DNA from: Selaginella moellendorffii
Taxonomy: Eukaryota > Plantae > Lycopodiophyta
Reading direction: 5' to 3'
Assembly (NCBI RefSeq): GCF_000143415.4
Contig: NW_003314310.1
Span: 1,350,960 to 1,414,959, forward strand
DNA: 64,000 nt
The notes under the pieces are model-generated. The model did not search any database and was not told the origin of the DNA. It worked only from the letters and a program-made list of their open reading frames with translations. Shown piece after piece: positions 46,430 to 60,800 of the stretch. How positions within the stretch are numbered: position 1 is the stretch's first letter; every line of letters begins with the position of its first letter. A program made the translations under genes and the position numbers.

Positions 46430-48560
46430 GAGTTGAGAAATCAAATAGGAAAATCTACAATGTCTGGTTCAAAATTATCAATATTTTTGTAGGATAACAA
46501 TTTACCCATTCTGCATGACACTACTTGTTCATTTATTTATAATGATTCTTCATTCTTCACTCTGTGTAAAACTATTGTTTGCTGATATATTTTTACTAAA
46601 CACAACATCAATCGTATCTTCCCTAGATGTACATTTTAAAGATAATTTAATTGCATTTTCTTTTGACTCATATAACCTAACTTTTATAAGCCATTTAATC
46701 CATTCTTTTTCATTTTCATTTATACACATATTTATGTTTAAAATATAATTTTTAAAATTCTTCCACAAAGTGCTAGTTCTCATGCAATTTTAAATTATCT
46801 GTGATCTACTTCCTCCTTTAATAACAGGTAAAGTTTGAAAAAAATCCCCACCAGCCACAACTATAATTCCTCCAAAATATTTTTCTGAATTTATTATGAC
46901 ACATATCACCTTTTCCACTACTTCAAAAGCATAAATTGATACCTTCCTTTTTCCATCCCATATAATTATATCTACATTTCTAACATTTTCTCCTGCTTTA
47001 GAATTTCCATATAAGTTATATGTACTTGTTTCAATAATAGTGAATTGTATGTCTACCAATTAAAATTTTCCTTGCTATTTCAATCCATATTATTGTTATA
47101 GTTTTTTCCAATATTTTCAGATGCATTATAGTTGTATTAAATAAAATTTATTCTCCAGTGCCACCAACTCCACCAATATAAAATAATTTATTTTTGTCAA
47201 TATTATTCAATGATGTAATTATTGCTTCAAAACTATCATATTTTTCTTTTTTAAGAAAACTTATATTCTTTTCAATAATATGATGTTCAGGTATAACTTC
47301 AGTATCATTCTTATAAATAGTTGTTATAGTTATTATTGGTTTTGGCAGCTCAAAATCGCTCAAAGTTCTATTATGTTATTCAAAATTTTCTGATAATTCC
47401 CAAAAAGTATAGCATGGTTATATACTTCTTCTTCAGAATAATAACAATGAATAAAATCCCCACACATCTTTCTTATATTTGTTCCATAATATATATGGAT
47501 TTATGAGATCAACATAATATCAAATAAATAGCGTATTCTAATTAGAATTTGAAATGTAATAACTTCCTCAAGACATCTATCCCATTCATCGTCATCTTGC
47601 AATAACCCCATATCATGTACCACAAACTTGCATGTTTCATATGTATTACCATTTAAAACTTTTAGATCATTAAAACTCTGTGTACCTCTTTTATATAATA
47701 ATAATACATCACTCGTTATCTTGAGGGGAACTGTATATATTCTACCAATATTTTTTTATTTTATTGCCTTTTTGTCCAAAGCATAAGTTCCTGGAATTTT
47801 TATAAATGTATACTTTCTAGCATCCACATCTCTTTTATTCAATTTAACCACTTAGTTAGCTTCATCTGTTTACCCTTTTCTAGTACTATTTCTTCTTCAC
47901 CTTCATTAAAATAGACACTTTGTAAATTTGGGAGATATATTTCTAATATTTCAATTCTATGAGGTTTTCTAGGTAAATCATACCTAAATATTCTCTACAT
48001 AAACTCAGATGGCAATTTCAAAAGGCAGTAATTTCATCTGAGTTTAATATTTTTTCATTACTTATGTCATTATCTTTTCAAAGATTTATTAAGGCACAGT
48101 CATGCCTCTCTCATATATATAAAATTCTTTTCACTATTATTCACATGAGTTGGATATTTATGATGAAGATATTTTTATATAGCACAACAATTTATTATTT
48201 ATTTTCTTGGTCAATATCTGTATATAAATATCCATGCTCTAGTCATCTATACTGTGGAAATTGACCACCAATACTTTGATTTTCTTTCTAAAGATTTTTA
48301 GGATAGTTAGCATCATTTCTATAACAAGGATTATCTATAAATCCAGGTCTACAAGGCTCATATGTCATTTTTTTTTCACCAACTCATATAACTCTGAATC
48401 TTCATTGGGATTAAGTATTTCTGCACATATAATATTATCTACATTATCAATATTTGTATTTTGTATTTTTTATTAAGTATTACTAAAATATGATAATGTT
48501 GTAAGCATCTCTTTTGAAAATCAATTATATAATTACTTACTTTGCTGAAAAATTCAATCA
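46430..48560 (-). pseudogene. Helitron Rep/PIF1-helicase remnant
   Basis: GLLQDDDEW, LFYIGGVGGTG (Walker A-like), FGGIIVVAGGDFFQTLPVIKGGSRSQII. Confidence 0.85.
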
Positions 48561-48775
48561 ATTCAATTCAATTCAATCAATTAATTACTTACTTACTTTG
48601 CCAACAATTTCAACATTAGTGGTTGAAACAAAAGTCCAGTGCACATAACACATTGAGACCAAAAGCTTTAACGAGAGTGGAACTCTGAATAAAGTGTTCG
48701 AGAATGAGTATGAAATGATTGATGAATGAGTGTCTAAAAAGGGACACAAGAAGAGGTGACACATGGTAAGTGTCG

Positions 48776-49008
48776 TGTTAGGCACCAGCTTTGACTATGT
48801 GGTCAACGTCGGTCAAAGGGAGGCTCAAGGGTATATTAAGGCATGTTAGGGTAAGGAACTTAACCTACCCTAGGGCTCACAGTGGAGCGGCAGCGCAGTG
48901 GAGCTTTTGAGGTAGCTCGGGGGTGGTTGGGTGGTGAGGAACCTCAAGAGGTGGCGTAGCATAATCTAGGGCAACTAGATCTTTGTCTTTTTGCGCCGGA
49001 TCATAACA
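48776..49008 (+). repeat. Solo LTR of family D, inside a degenerate family-B LTR; no TSD
   Basis: 233-bp TGTTA...TAACA with a few substitutions relative to 37826-38058. Confidence 0.93.
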
Positions 49009-49109
49009 TACCATTGTTAGGATCCTATCCCTTACACCCTAAGCCAACTAGCTAAAGGGGTGATCACTTGATTGCAGGGCCCTTTCCTTATCCTATTATC
49101 CTGACCTGG

Positions 49110-51637
49110 TGCCTAACATGTCGTGACACATGGAAGTGTTGAGAAGGAGTCTAAGATGGAGTTTGAGAAGGAATCTAAGATCAGCAAGAGATGCAAGACG
49201 AGATGCATGGCATGATGGATACCATGCGTGGGCGTCAGATGGAGTTTGAGAAAGAGTACGAGATGGAGTCTAAGATGAAGTCTGAGAAGGAATCTAAGAA
49301 GTCCAAGATGGAATTTAAAGAGTTTGAGAAGGAATCCAAGATGGAGTCTACGAAGGAGTTTGAAATGGGGACTAAGACCAAGACAGAGACTAAGACTAAG
49401 ACCGAGAACAAAACTGAGACCGAGACCAAGTCCAAGTCCGAGTCCAAGGGTGAAAGCCCAAAGCAACCGTCTCCTAAACCCTAGGGGGTTTAGTGAGCTC
49501 CAAAAGGATAGTAGGGGCAAGATTCCAATGAAACCAGTTTGGCCAAGAAAGGCAACTGTGGCTAAGGAAGGTAAAGGTACCACCAACATCTCAACTTATT
49601 ATACTAAAACTATATCTATTCACCCTTGTCCTATTGGTAGTTGAAGATCACCTGCAATACAATTTCATCTCTCCAAGACTGGGCCATCCATCCATGAGTG
49701 GTTATTCCATGACCACATCTTAGGATCCTTAAAATGCCTTAAGACATAGGGAGCATTATCCCTCAATATCCTTTTTTCAATCCCCACCAAGTCCCTCTCC
49801 ATCCATACCAGTGCTAGCCAATACCACCATTAGTCTAATACCTAAAAGCCCATCTACTAAGCCCTACTAACCTCTAAGGATTCATCACCATATAATCATA
49901 CCCTTGGTCACCAAGTAAGAAGACCACTCCTCTTTTTTTCTATAATCTAGGACTTTAGGATGACATTTTGAAACACCATAACCTAACCTCATGGGTACTC
50001 CCCACACCTCCCACCACTAGAGTGCCCCAACTATGTGGTTAAAGTGAGGTTTCAATGAGCCATGCAAAGTTATCTAAGTAGGTAGTGCAACCCACAGTTG
50101 GATTGAGAGCATTGACCATCTGATCTATTGCGGGAGCTAGAGCCAACTCTTGAACACTTCACCAAGTTACCTTAGTTGTTCATTTGTATGCAATCTAACC
50201 TTGGACTCCTCAATGGTTATATCATCACCCACCACATGGTACAATGTGTAGCCTTCTTTAGTCACACTAGCCTTTCCTAGCCAAATTAGTTCCACTAAAG
50301 TTCTCCATCTTAGTATTCCATAGGGACTCACCAAATCCCCTTGGGTTTGGAAGATGATCACTTTGGGCTTTCACCCTTGGACTCGGACTCAAACTTAGTC
50401 TCGGACCTAATCTCAGTCTTGGTTCTGGTCTTAAACCTGGTCTTAGACTCCTTCTTAGACTCTCCATCTTGGACTCTCTATTGGACTCCATGTCAAACTC
50501 CTTGGATTCAGTCCATGTGTCACAACACTTGCCATGTGTTAGTCCCTTTTGTATCTGTAGCACACCTAAATTTGGAGTCGAACTCCAAGCCCGTTGCACT
50601 ACGAAATGAGGGTCTGGTACAATCCCACAAGCACTAGCTCCCCATATTCAGCACCTACACACAAAATGGTGTCAAACAATGTCTAGCACAATTTTAGCAT
50701 ACTGGTTGGCCTAATGTGAGGAGGAGGGCACCCCACCGACTAAAGCAGTGTGGAGCTTGGGCTTAAACCCAAGCCGAACACAAAACAAGGAGCGACATAG
50801 CCCAGCGGGAGCCAAACTAATGTCTTACGTGGTCGGACATGCATTCCAACCACTATCCCTACTATACATTTGGAACCCCCAATATCCCCCCCATGAGGAA
50901 CACTTTCACCCCAAGCCTCCGTTAGTACCAGAAGTTAGTCTCTGAGACAAACTCGAAACTTACTAAATATGGAATATCCCTAGATTGCAAATTTGGACAC
51001 GGGACAAACACCATTGTGTTTAGGACAATCTTTACAATCCGTAAATATGCCAAATGAGCAAATCTAGACACTTTCCATAATTAGCATTTGGGACCGAAAT
51101 GAGACTAACACAAAAGGCATGATAGCGAGGGTGTTTGGCAAACATGGTAAATTATCATCTAGTGGTATTGAGGGACTAGTCTCAATAGGCGATGGTTCTT
51201 GTCATTAACCATTACAAGACATAATGAGATGGGAACTCCTTACCAGGCTAAGTATGCTTAGTTAATAGCACGTAGGAATTCCGTCCTTATGCTTGTTCGG
51301 TCTAAGTACACTCAAAATGCCCAGTTAACTCCACTAGCACAAGAAGGGCTACCAAAGGGATCCAATTGTATCAACCTCCTACCGTCATGGCAGTAAGGAA
51401 AGAGTATCCGTAAGGATTAGTTGACAAGTATCTTTCGATACCCAAAGTCACATCCCTTTTTAAAGACTCACTTATTGATTACTTCATGCTCACTTTATTA
51501 GGAGTTCACTCCCACTCTCAACTTACCAAGTCAGAGCTTTTAGTCTAAATGTATTACACTCATTGGACTTCTACTTTTGCCACTACCATATGCACTCTTT
51601 CAGCCCCACTTTGGGGCTTAGGGATTTGTGTTTTACA
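49110..51637. repeat. Mosaic of degenerate family-B-related LTR fragments in both orientations
   Basis: gatggagtc arrays and gggtgaaagcccaaagc (49110-49580). Opposite-orientation copy at 49655-50530 and 51520-51637, ending gggatttgtgttttaca. Confidence 0.7.
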
Positions 51638-52507
51638 TTATCATATATGTACCTATGATGGATAAACATAAAGTAGAAACTCCTATGTGTTTCTTGTTGA
51701 GCCAGTATGAGAATTCATATATTGGCTTGCACTTGCTAGTGTTAGGAACACCCATGATATTGAGCTTGGTCCTTGTCATTACATGTCCAGAAAAGAGCTT
51801 GTTGCATAACATCTGGTATTGTAAGATAAAATGACACTTTTAATCATAACAAGAAATGTAAATTTGCCCACTCATTGGTCCACATAATGGTTATGCTCTC
51901 ATCTTCCTCAGAAGAAGTGCAAAACCTAGGAATCTGAGCATAATTCAAGATATTTGAAGGACAATTCCCATCTAAAAGATCAGCTAAAACATGTTAGCAC
52001 TGCCTCTAGCAAAACTAACAGTGCCTGGAGTGATTTAACACTGGGGGAAAGGCAACAACAAGTATTTGTTCTTAAGAGGCCACCCTCACTAACAAATATC
52101 GAAGTGTTTAGAAAATTGGGTTTTGGTTTGAGTCTCAAAATTAACTCACAGTAAAGAAACTGAAAAGAAGAAACAAAGAGATTTTCAGAAGATTGAGGAC
52201 TCACTGCAATTCTTAGGCAGTCAGAATTTAATGAATTTAACAGTGAAATCTCTCTAGAGGAGAGACTCATCTGAGTGTATGAGGTGCAAGTGCCATATTG
52301 TAAAGCAGTTCAAGCATGATCATTGAAAGCTCTATGATCCACAAAGCTTTCATCCATCCTCTGTCTATTTCTTTTACCTTGCCATGGTTATCTTCTCTTG
52401 GCCATTAACTACTAGTGCCTTAAGAAAGTGACAAAATTTCTCATAGATATGTTGGTTCATATGATATGGTGGAGCATAGTAAGATCACTAATCAATTAGA
52501 GTTGTTA

Positions 52508-52668
52508 GTGGGGTGAAAATTCATCCAATATTTTATATCAGCTATTTAAAAGGTGTATCTCAGAGCAAAGGGCCCAATGGTCTACAACTGAGGATGATAG
52601 GCCAGAGATTTGAGCAAGTCCCCAGAAAGGGTATTGATCACCAATCCAGCTCATCCTTGGGACAAGGT
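52508..52668 (+). pseudogene. Fragment of the 3' end of family D pol
   Basis: ggggtgaaaattcatcc...ccttgggacaagg matches ~42330-42499. Confidence 0.8.
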
Positions 52669-53175
52669 TTAGTGCTAGTCTAGGGCCTCTTCTGTTGTTT
52701 ACTTCCTGGTGCATAACACTGCCCAGGAAATCACTCGGACAGTCTACAGAAAGCTCTTTTCTTCTACACAACAAATAAAATATTTGTCTCAAGATTCGGT
52801 AGATAGCTTGGTATTGCTACAATCATTGAACTAGAGGTTAAGCTGGCTAGAAAAATTAGCTTTAAACTTAGATCATCTCCAGAGCATTGGAGCAACATGC
52901 TCTCGCATAATTTCTCTCCAAAAGTAACAATATAACACTTTTTAGAACTTAATAAATAGCATGCTATGCAGACAATGTCCTCCAAGGTGATTGAAAGAAC
53001 CAAAACAAAAATTTTAAGTAATAACTGGGTTCCAAATAAAGGAAGCATGTTTGCTACTACACGGTTAGTGTTTAAATCTAAAACATTAATTCAAATGTAG
53101 ACCTGGAACTGGGTTTTTAAAGCTCAACTCATCAGATCTACCCTTTATAAATATCATAGCTTCACCGTGCTCCAA

Positions 53176-55405
53176 TCTGCCACAGGAATAGTTTAAAGGA
53201 AGAAGAATGATCAATACATACCAAACATTCCCCACTTCAAGGTTTCCAAGAAGATCGGTAATTTCATCAATTGTAGTCTGATGAAGAAAGTCAATCTCTT
53301 CAATCCTTTCCCGATTTCTCTTATTTTCTTCTTGTCTAAATCTTTTGTTCATTGCTTTTTGCATTTCCTCTTCCCCACGCAATCTCTGGTCTTCCTGTTA
53401 AAGCACAACTAGGTTAAACATTGAGGAGCTGATATTACTAGTGAGTCTATCTTCAGTGTTCTGGCATCGTGAGAAGCTTGAATCGCATTGAGTATCATAT
53501 CTTTGTCACGGAGCAACTGAAACAGATGGGATGAGAAAAAGAAAGCGAAATTACAACAGTTACCATGCGACCTTCATCTGAGTCGACTTCAAGTTCCCCT
53601 AGTGAAAATTGTTCCATAAGAAGTGAAGCCTGCGCCATTACTGTTTCAGAGCAGTTGTTTTCTGACATTCTTATGGTTCCGAAGGTGGTCCAGTTGTTAA
53701 GGTTCAGACATGGTAAAAAGAAGAGTTCTTAAGGATATTAGTTTTGAAATTGAATCTTGTTTGTGTCAACAATTGCAGTGAAGTTGTTGTCGAAAGCCGA
53801 CCATATGTCCTAGAAAAGGATGAATTATACTAGAATATTTTCGTCATGGACTTACATGAACTTCACCAAATGTTAACATTTCAAGCTCCAACAACTTCTC
53901 CCTAGTCCTGTCGTTGTCTTCTCTAAGAAGCGCCAGATTTTTGTCTGCTGTGCTGGAGTTTAAACGAACCTCTGCAAGAATCTGCAAGCAAGCATTTTGA
54001 ATCAGGTAAAACTAGAAGAACACAGACCTTTTTTTTATTTTTTTTTATTTTTCTCGCGTATTCTCGGGATTCTTTGTCCCTGACGTCAAGTAAAGCATTT
54101 GTAGTAAACTGCCAGAACTCTATTTCAACTTGCTTTTTCTTGTATTCAGCCAAAATTGTTCCAATAATCTCTTCAGTCGCAGTAACATATTTTTCTTTAT
54201 ATCTGACTTAAGGACGTCAAAATCGACATGAGGAGAAACCAGACGGAAATACTCGTCCATAGAAGCTAGGAGACCAGGAACTTGGCTAAGTTTGGGGTAC
54301 TCTACATCTTCCGAAATCATTCTCTCGAAGAGGGTGTCACATCCTAGCAGGTTAGCATCCTGCACATTTTCGAAGTGAGATCCTAGTATTAGTGTGATGT
54401 ATACTTTGTAAAGTGCTTGTCGAGTTGCATGCTCTTCAGCTGCCTTAATAAGAAGATCTTCCTCAGCTTCTTTTTGTTTTAAATCTGTCATATCATCTTG
54501 GTATTGATCCCTAGCGGCTACCACCTGCTGAATTAATTTAAGACAAGTCACTGGAAGGGAAATATTTACTGCAGCTCTGTCTACATATCTATGATCAAAA
54601 TATGTCAAATCTCTCAGGTGGGAAATAACATAGATCCTGTATTCGGGATCCTAAATAAAAAAACTGAACAAGCGTCAGAAACTATGAATTTATCAAGACA
54701 CACTAACCGTAGCAAGAGGATTTCCATCAAGAGTCAGCACGTGGAGATTTCTTAAGCGGCGAAGCGGAATTACCTGCAAGTGCTTTCAGATTTAACAGAG
54801 TAGCAGAAACATGAGTTTGTGTTTCTTATCGCACGTCTTCCAGACGCCTTATTCTGTTTTTGCCAAGAGAAAAAGACGTGATCTTTTGTAGTGTGTCAAG
54901 GCCTGTGATTTTCTCAATTTCGTTGTGATATAGTGACAAATCTTCCAGGTTTGTTAGAGTCTCAAGACCACCTATGCTTTTTATTTTATTGAAGGACAAA
55001 TCTAATAGAGAAACGCACGTTAGTAGTAGACTAAAGAAATTTTTTCTTACCCAGCAGTTTCAAAGTTGCCAGGTGAGAAAGATTTTCAATTTTAGAAATG
55101 TCGTTGTTATCGAGATAGAGTTTGGTTAAAGACCCAAGTCCATGCAACCAATTGATTGATCGCTGACCTAAGGAAATTACAATTAGATTAAAAAAAAGAA
55201 ATCCTGATTAAGTTGTACTCACACTTGAAGGAGAAGATTAGGCATGTCACAGTACTCAAAGGCATTGTCCTCTTTCTTTCCTCTAGTTTTTCAGGCGATC
55301 CTCCTTCTACCTGAAAAACAAAAATTTCAAGATGAGAAGTTTAATCAGTCAATTTGCCTTGATGCACGAGCGCAGCATATCAGTCGTGACGGCTGTGACT
55401 GCCAT
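53176..55405 (-). CDS. DRC3: Dynein regulatory complex subunit 3 (LRRC48), multi-exon
   Basis: Spliced model MAVTAVTTDMLRSCIK|VEGG...VTCLIFSFK, then LRRs (LYLDNNDISKIENL, DLSFNKIKSIGGL, LTLDGNPL), YRIYVISHL...ARDQYQDD, PKLSQVPGLL and a C-terminal RNRERIEEI coiled coil. Introns ~45-55 nt; 3' end approximate. Confidence 0.85.
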
Positions 55406-56738
55406 AGCTTTCTACTGAAAGTTTCCCTAATCCATACCAAATGCAGAACCCTAACTAAGGAACTGTTAGTGGTAATTGTGGTTGCGTTGTGTGCGACACC
55501 CTGTTTGAAAGTGAGTGCACCCCAACCATTTTATGACCAGCTAAAATTCTTTTTTTAAGAAAGTCTCTAGATGATCCAGTGTTAGAACTCATGCACTCAT
55601 CACTGACGGTGGTCATGAGGTTTTCATGAGCAACAAGAGCATGGTGGCAGTGGATGATGACTTGAGTATCAAATAAAACACAGTATGCCTCATCCCAGGC
55701 CAATGCAAATGGCCAATCTCCCTGCATTGGTCAGCCAATAAGCTATGGGAGTCCTTCAATAATATGCCTTGAAGGATCGAGCTATCGTGGACTGTGGAGA
55801 GCACTGCGGCCATGACACTTCGTTTATTCATTCATGAACTGTTTGCAAGGTCTCATGGAGCCTTCCAAGAAACATTTAATTAAGCTTGCATGCTGAACAA
55901 GATGCATTGACGTCTCCCGCAATCAATTTATTTCTTTTGTTCCCTCTATTATTGCCACTAGAGTAGCGAATAAAAGTGCTGCTCCAACAGAAAAAACGTG
56001 CGCTATTTAAACTGCTGGACTGTCTTCTTTTCAGAGAAGAATGTCTTGGTTAGAATGTAACTATGCTACCTTTGATCTAACGGTAAAGATTCTGGCCAAC
56101 TGGATTCTAGCCATAAAAACATTTCCTAGTTTTCCTAAGTTGGATCCCTGGTTTACCGTCTCGTGATTGACTTATAGGCTCATTACCGGCCATTTTCCGA
56201 TGTGAGGTGTTTAACTTTGTTCCACTTGTAAACGTGTATATCCCCAACACCAGCATGAGGATTTCAAACGTTGAGATATTTTTGTCAGCTGAACGCAGTC
56301 TGTAAGCATTCAGTTTCGTTCTTGTGATCAGAATCCATGCAAAAGGGCTAGCATGGACATTCAAACATAGAGAACGAAGCATTGAGTCTTGCTATTCTTA
56401 AACAGCGAATGAGCTTCTCCCTTCTTTATTCGTCTTCACCATCGTGCCTTTAGCGCTCATAAATTGTATTGTGGAATTTCTCCTTGACATTAATTTTGCA
56501 TAGTTTTGTTGTACGACATTGTGGCAAAACTGTTTGTTGAGAACTTTCAGCGAATTTGGGAAGAAGTTTTCTTGTCACTTTCTGCAGCCACCAGTCTTCA
56601 GGTAAGCCCGAGCTTACTAAAGTAGACCAACAAGGTGCTCCTGGCATAATACAGAAGAAGAGAATTAAAATCCAGTATATACCTCTAACCGCCAGGTCAA
56701 AAATTTGAAACTATTTTCTTTGTGTTTATCTTTGTAAA

Positions 56739-57691
56739 ATGCAGCAGCAAGTGGAAGCGATGGGAATCCCACCTCCCCTTCACCATCATCACCACCATCA
56801 CCTTTACAAAAGATGGGCAACCACAACGTCAGGAAGCAACAACAACGGAGTCAACACGCCTGTTGCTGCATCTCTGCAAGGGCAAGTGGCACCCACTGTG
56901 GAGTCTGCACGTTCGTCACCAATCCCACCGTTTTCAGCTGCTGCACGACTGTCAGCTTTGGGCTCGGGCTCAACCACAGCATCATCTGCCTTATATGGGG
57001 CTGGTGTCCCACGTGCAGTTGTGACACGAAGATTGCGGAGTGACATCAGTGAGGACGAAAAGCAGGAGATAAGGATGGCGTTTGAGCTTTTCGACACTAG
57101 AAAAAGCGGCAGGCTGTCATATCGGGAGGTAAAGGTAATTAACGTTTGACACCATGGGATTCCTCTAAGGCATATCTTGCAGGTTGCAATGAGAGCTTTG
57201 GATTTAGATGTGAAAAAGGCTGAGGTGAAAAAGCTGATAGAGGAACACTCAAGGATTGACTTAGAGGAAGTCGATCTTGACGGGTTCATGGAAATAAGTA
57301 AGACGGAGTATTAAAAGATTTGTTGATTAATGTTCACATTAGTGGTTGCCAAGTACAAGGAGAAAGATCCTGACGAGGAGATTGCAAAAGCTTTTCGATG
57401 CTTTGACGAGGATGGTACTGGAAAAATCTCAGTAAGATCTGTTTCTCATGTTAAGGTCTTGTTATACCAAAGTGTTTCTGCAGCTTAAGAACTTGAGGAA
57501 AGTTGCCAGAGATGTTGGGGAACATATTACAGATGAGGAACTGGGTGCAATGATTGACGAGTGTAAGTCCCGGGAAAATTTAATTTTTTTCATTTTGATT
57601 GTTATTCTACGCAGTTGACAAAGATGGTGATGGGGAAATTAGTGAAGTCGAGTTTTTTTCCATCATGAAGAAAGACGAACTATATGACTGA
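56739..57691 (+). CDS. Centrin (centrin-3/Cdc31-like EF-hand protein) with a His/Ser/Ala-rich N-terminal extension
   Basis: EIRMAFELFDTRKSGRLSYREVK|VAMRALDLDVKKAEV, KDPDEEIAKAFRCFDEDGTGKIS|LKNLRKVARDVGEHITDEELGAMIDE|FDKDGDGEISEVEF; four short introns. Confidence 0.9.
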
Positions 57692-57821
57692 CAGCGCACT
57701 TATATGGCAGATATCATGTTTGTTTCTGAGAATAAATTCGGTCACTAAAGGAAAATTTAAAGTGCTGTGTTTTGTCTGCTCACTTCATTGCATAACTACT
57801 TATCCTTTGATACAAATGCTA

Positions 57822-60800
57822 CTAACAGCAGAGCTCGTTGGTTTTTCCTTGCTGATATAGAACGTCACCAAGGTCGAATCTTGCATTTAAATTGTTTTCC
57901 TCCCTTAGAGACTCCGTTAATGCCATCTCCGCAAACCTGTATGAAAATGTCACATTTACAAATTACTTTGTACTATTTCGTAACCTGAAGTTCTTTTTGG
58001 ATGCAAAAGCAACGCCCACTTCATAAAGGAGCTTTGCATCTTTAATGTTCTTCAATGCTTGGTGCAGAGCGAATTCGGCCTCTTCCATTCTTGACGTGTT
58101 GATACAAACAAGCGCAAGATAAGCCCATATCTTAAAATTCTGGGAATCCAACAAGTTGCCTTCTACCAAAGCTATTTCAGCGTTCACCATATCCCCTAAC
58201 TTGTAAAATGCTGCGCCAGCGCCGAGCCACATACTGCTGCATGGAAATAATGTTGCTCCTGTTAGAAATGTCTGCCTTGCCTTTTCAAAATTCCCGAGCC
58301 TCATGTATATGTTTCCGAGTTCTATGTGAGCGTACTCATACAACTCGCCCTTCTTAAAGTGAAGAGTCTGTTTATAAAGCAGTATTTTAGCTACAGTAAT
58401 TGGAATATAAAATTTACCTTCATATAGGCCTTCAGAGATTCTTCAAACTGATTATCAGAATACCTCACATGAGCTAGCAAACACCATGTTTTTGCATCCT
58501 CATACTCCAAATTAAGGGCTTCCTTGAACATTTTTTCCGATTCCACCATATCACCTTTTTGATGTGCAACTATCGCGAGGGAAAGTTTGAACTCTACTGT
58601 GCACGTAAACACTTCGTCTTCAAGCATCAAAAGATCGTGCGCTTCAGCTGGCAAATTAAGATCCAGCAGGCAAAGAGCTGCCTGGACAAATGGACTGTTG
58701 GACATGGCATTTCTGAGAATAAAGCTTGTTGCACTAAATGGAAATCCAGCACTGTCCATTCTCAGAAGAGGGGTATGCTCTGAAAGTGCTATGAGTTCAT
58801 TGAAAAGAACTTCGGCTCTTCTACGTGCAGAAAGAAAACTAGTCCTTTCCGATCTTGAATCATATATCTATGCAGCAAGATGAAATTTAAAATCGTAAGC
58901 TTTTGTACAAACGTTCTTACTCTTGCAAGGATTGCCCATAAAACAAACTCTTCTTCAGGATTTAGATCAATGGCACTTCTAATTATAGTTTCTGCTTGAT
59001 CATAGAAACCCCTATGCCAGAGAAGGCAAGCAAACGCTAAAAGACTGGGCAGATGCTCCCGGTACAGATTAATAGCCTCACGAAAACATTCCTCGGCCTT
59101 TCCATGGTCTTTATTTTTGCACTGCAGTCATGACGGTTTGGAAGATTTTAATGACAGCTATTCTATACCCGCATCCAGTATGATCCATATTGAAACCAGG
59201 TGTGCGGACAATTTGCTCCTTCCCCAATAAGTCTGTCAAGATGGAACTTGTCAGCTGATTTCAAGTCTCCTTCAACCTGAATCATGAAAATAAAATAAAA
59301 CGAAAGACATTCAACATAGTAAAATCATCTGCACCTCGTACTCATCTGCAAGTTGCTTTAATGATTCAAGTGTGTAAATTGTTTGTGGCAAGTTTCTGTC
59401 GATCTTTCTTTTCTGCGATATGCAAGCCCTTTAATGTAAAATAAGTAGATGCAGTGAAATTACCTCAGAAAATACTTCTGCAAGGGTAAGCTGTATCTCT
59501 TCCATTAATTGGACATATATAGTATTACAGAACTCAAATTTGTTACTCCTGATGATATCTTCCCTTTTAAATTTGAACCTTTCCGATGCTATTTTGAAAA
59601 CACTAGATTTCATGTTTTCTTTTATTTCTTGCCACGCCCCAAGATTATGCAACTCCTGAGACAAATGCTTCCGTAATTCTTCCATATGCTTAACCCTGTA
59701 ATAAACAAGGTTGTATAGATCATAAGGAAAATAACTACACCTTGAAAGGCATCCGAGGCAGCTTTTTTGCTTCTTCCTTTTGTTTACGAGCTCTACATGA
59801 CATTCTGCTATCGTTTTTGCTGCAATTATAATGAAAGCGTTGAACTGCTGAATGGCCACTTGCATAGCGTTGTAAACATTCTGTCTTTTTGGCCTTGGAG
59901 GAATTACATCACAAAGCATTATTTGAGGCTCTGGTGGAGGAAACCAAATTGGTTCTAAAGGCTGGCTTGTCCGGACGTGAATCTGTAGAAATGATTTAGA
60001 TTCTTTCCAGCAGTTTTTGTCTGGTGCCTGTGGATCTACTTGCTCCAAGGATACAGATTTTTTCAAATCTACTACTCGATCAGGTTGTGTAAAAAAAGGC
60101 TTGCCATTAGCCCTACAATCTTGTAAAATGCAGGTCAATGTAGCTTCTGTAATGCCGTCCTCGACTAATGGGGAAAGGTCTATCCAAAATCCACAGTGGT
60201 AGTTTTTAAAACACGGGTCGATGATGTCTGACCTTCCATCTTTGACAAAACGGGACAGCTCACCATAGCACATGTTTCCTCTTCTGACCCTCTTTTTCAA
60301 ATCCATTGCCGCTTCACTTGGTAAAAATCTCTTAAACGAGGACTTCCATGTAACTATGGGTTCCATGTGTTCCTCAGCTGTTGGCACACTTGATAAAACA
60401 TCAGGTACTTTTCCACTTGGTAGATGGGCAATATCAACGATTCCGTCGCTTGCTAAACCACATGAAAGGTTTAATTTTAACTCATCAGACATCGTCACAG
60501 ATTCCCACCAGCGGCCTACAAATCCTGGAAACTCGAACTTTAAACTGTAGAAATAGGGGTCGTCTGCTGACTTCTCTTTGAATTCAGCCAGATTAGGTGG
60601 AGGACACTTCACCATTAATGACTTGATCTCAAAATCAACAGCCTCGGCCCTGTCTGTTTCAGACAATAGTGGAGAGCTTGTAGACATTACTAGTTTCATA
60701 CTTGCGCTCTCAAGCAAGGGTGGGATAGCTTCTCCGCCTTTTTTGGCTGCTTTTGGAGCATCTTTTTGAGGTGGGGCTCCTTTACCCTTTCCAGAGGCAG

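Noticed and set aside
43151-49008. Family D LTRs at 43151 and 48776 as the two ends of one element
   Set aside because: The first is truncated and more diverged, there is no PBS/PPT or matching TSD, and the interior is LINE/Helitron debris.
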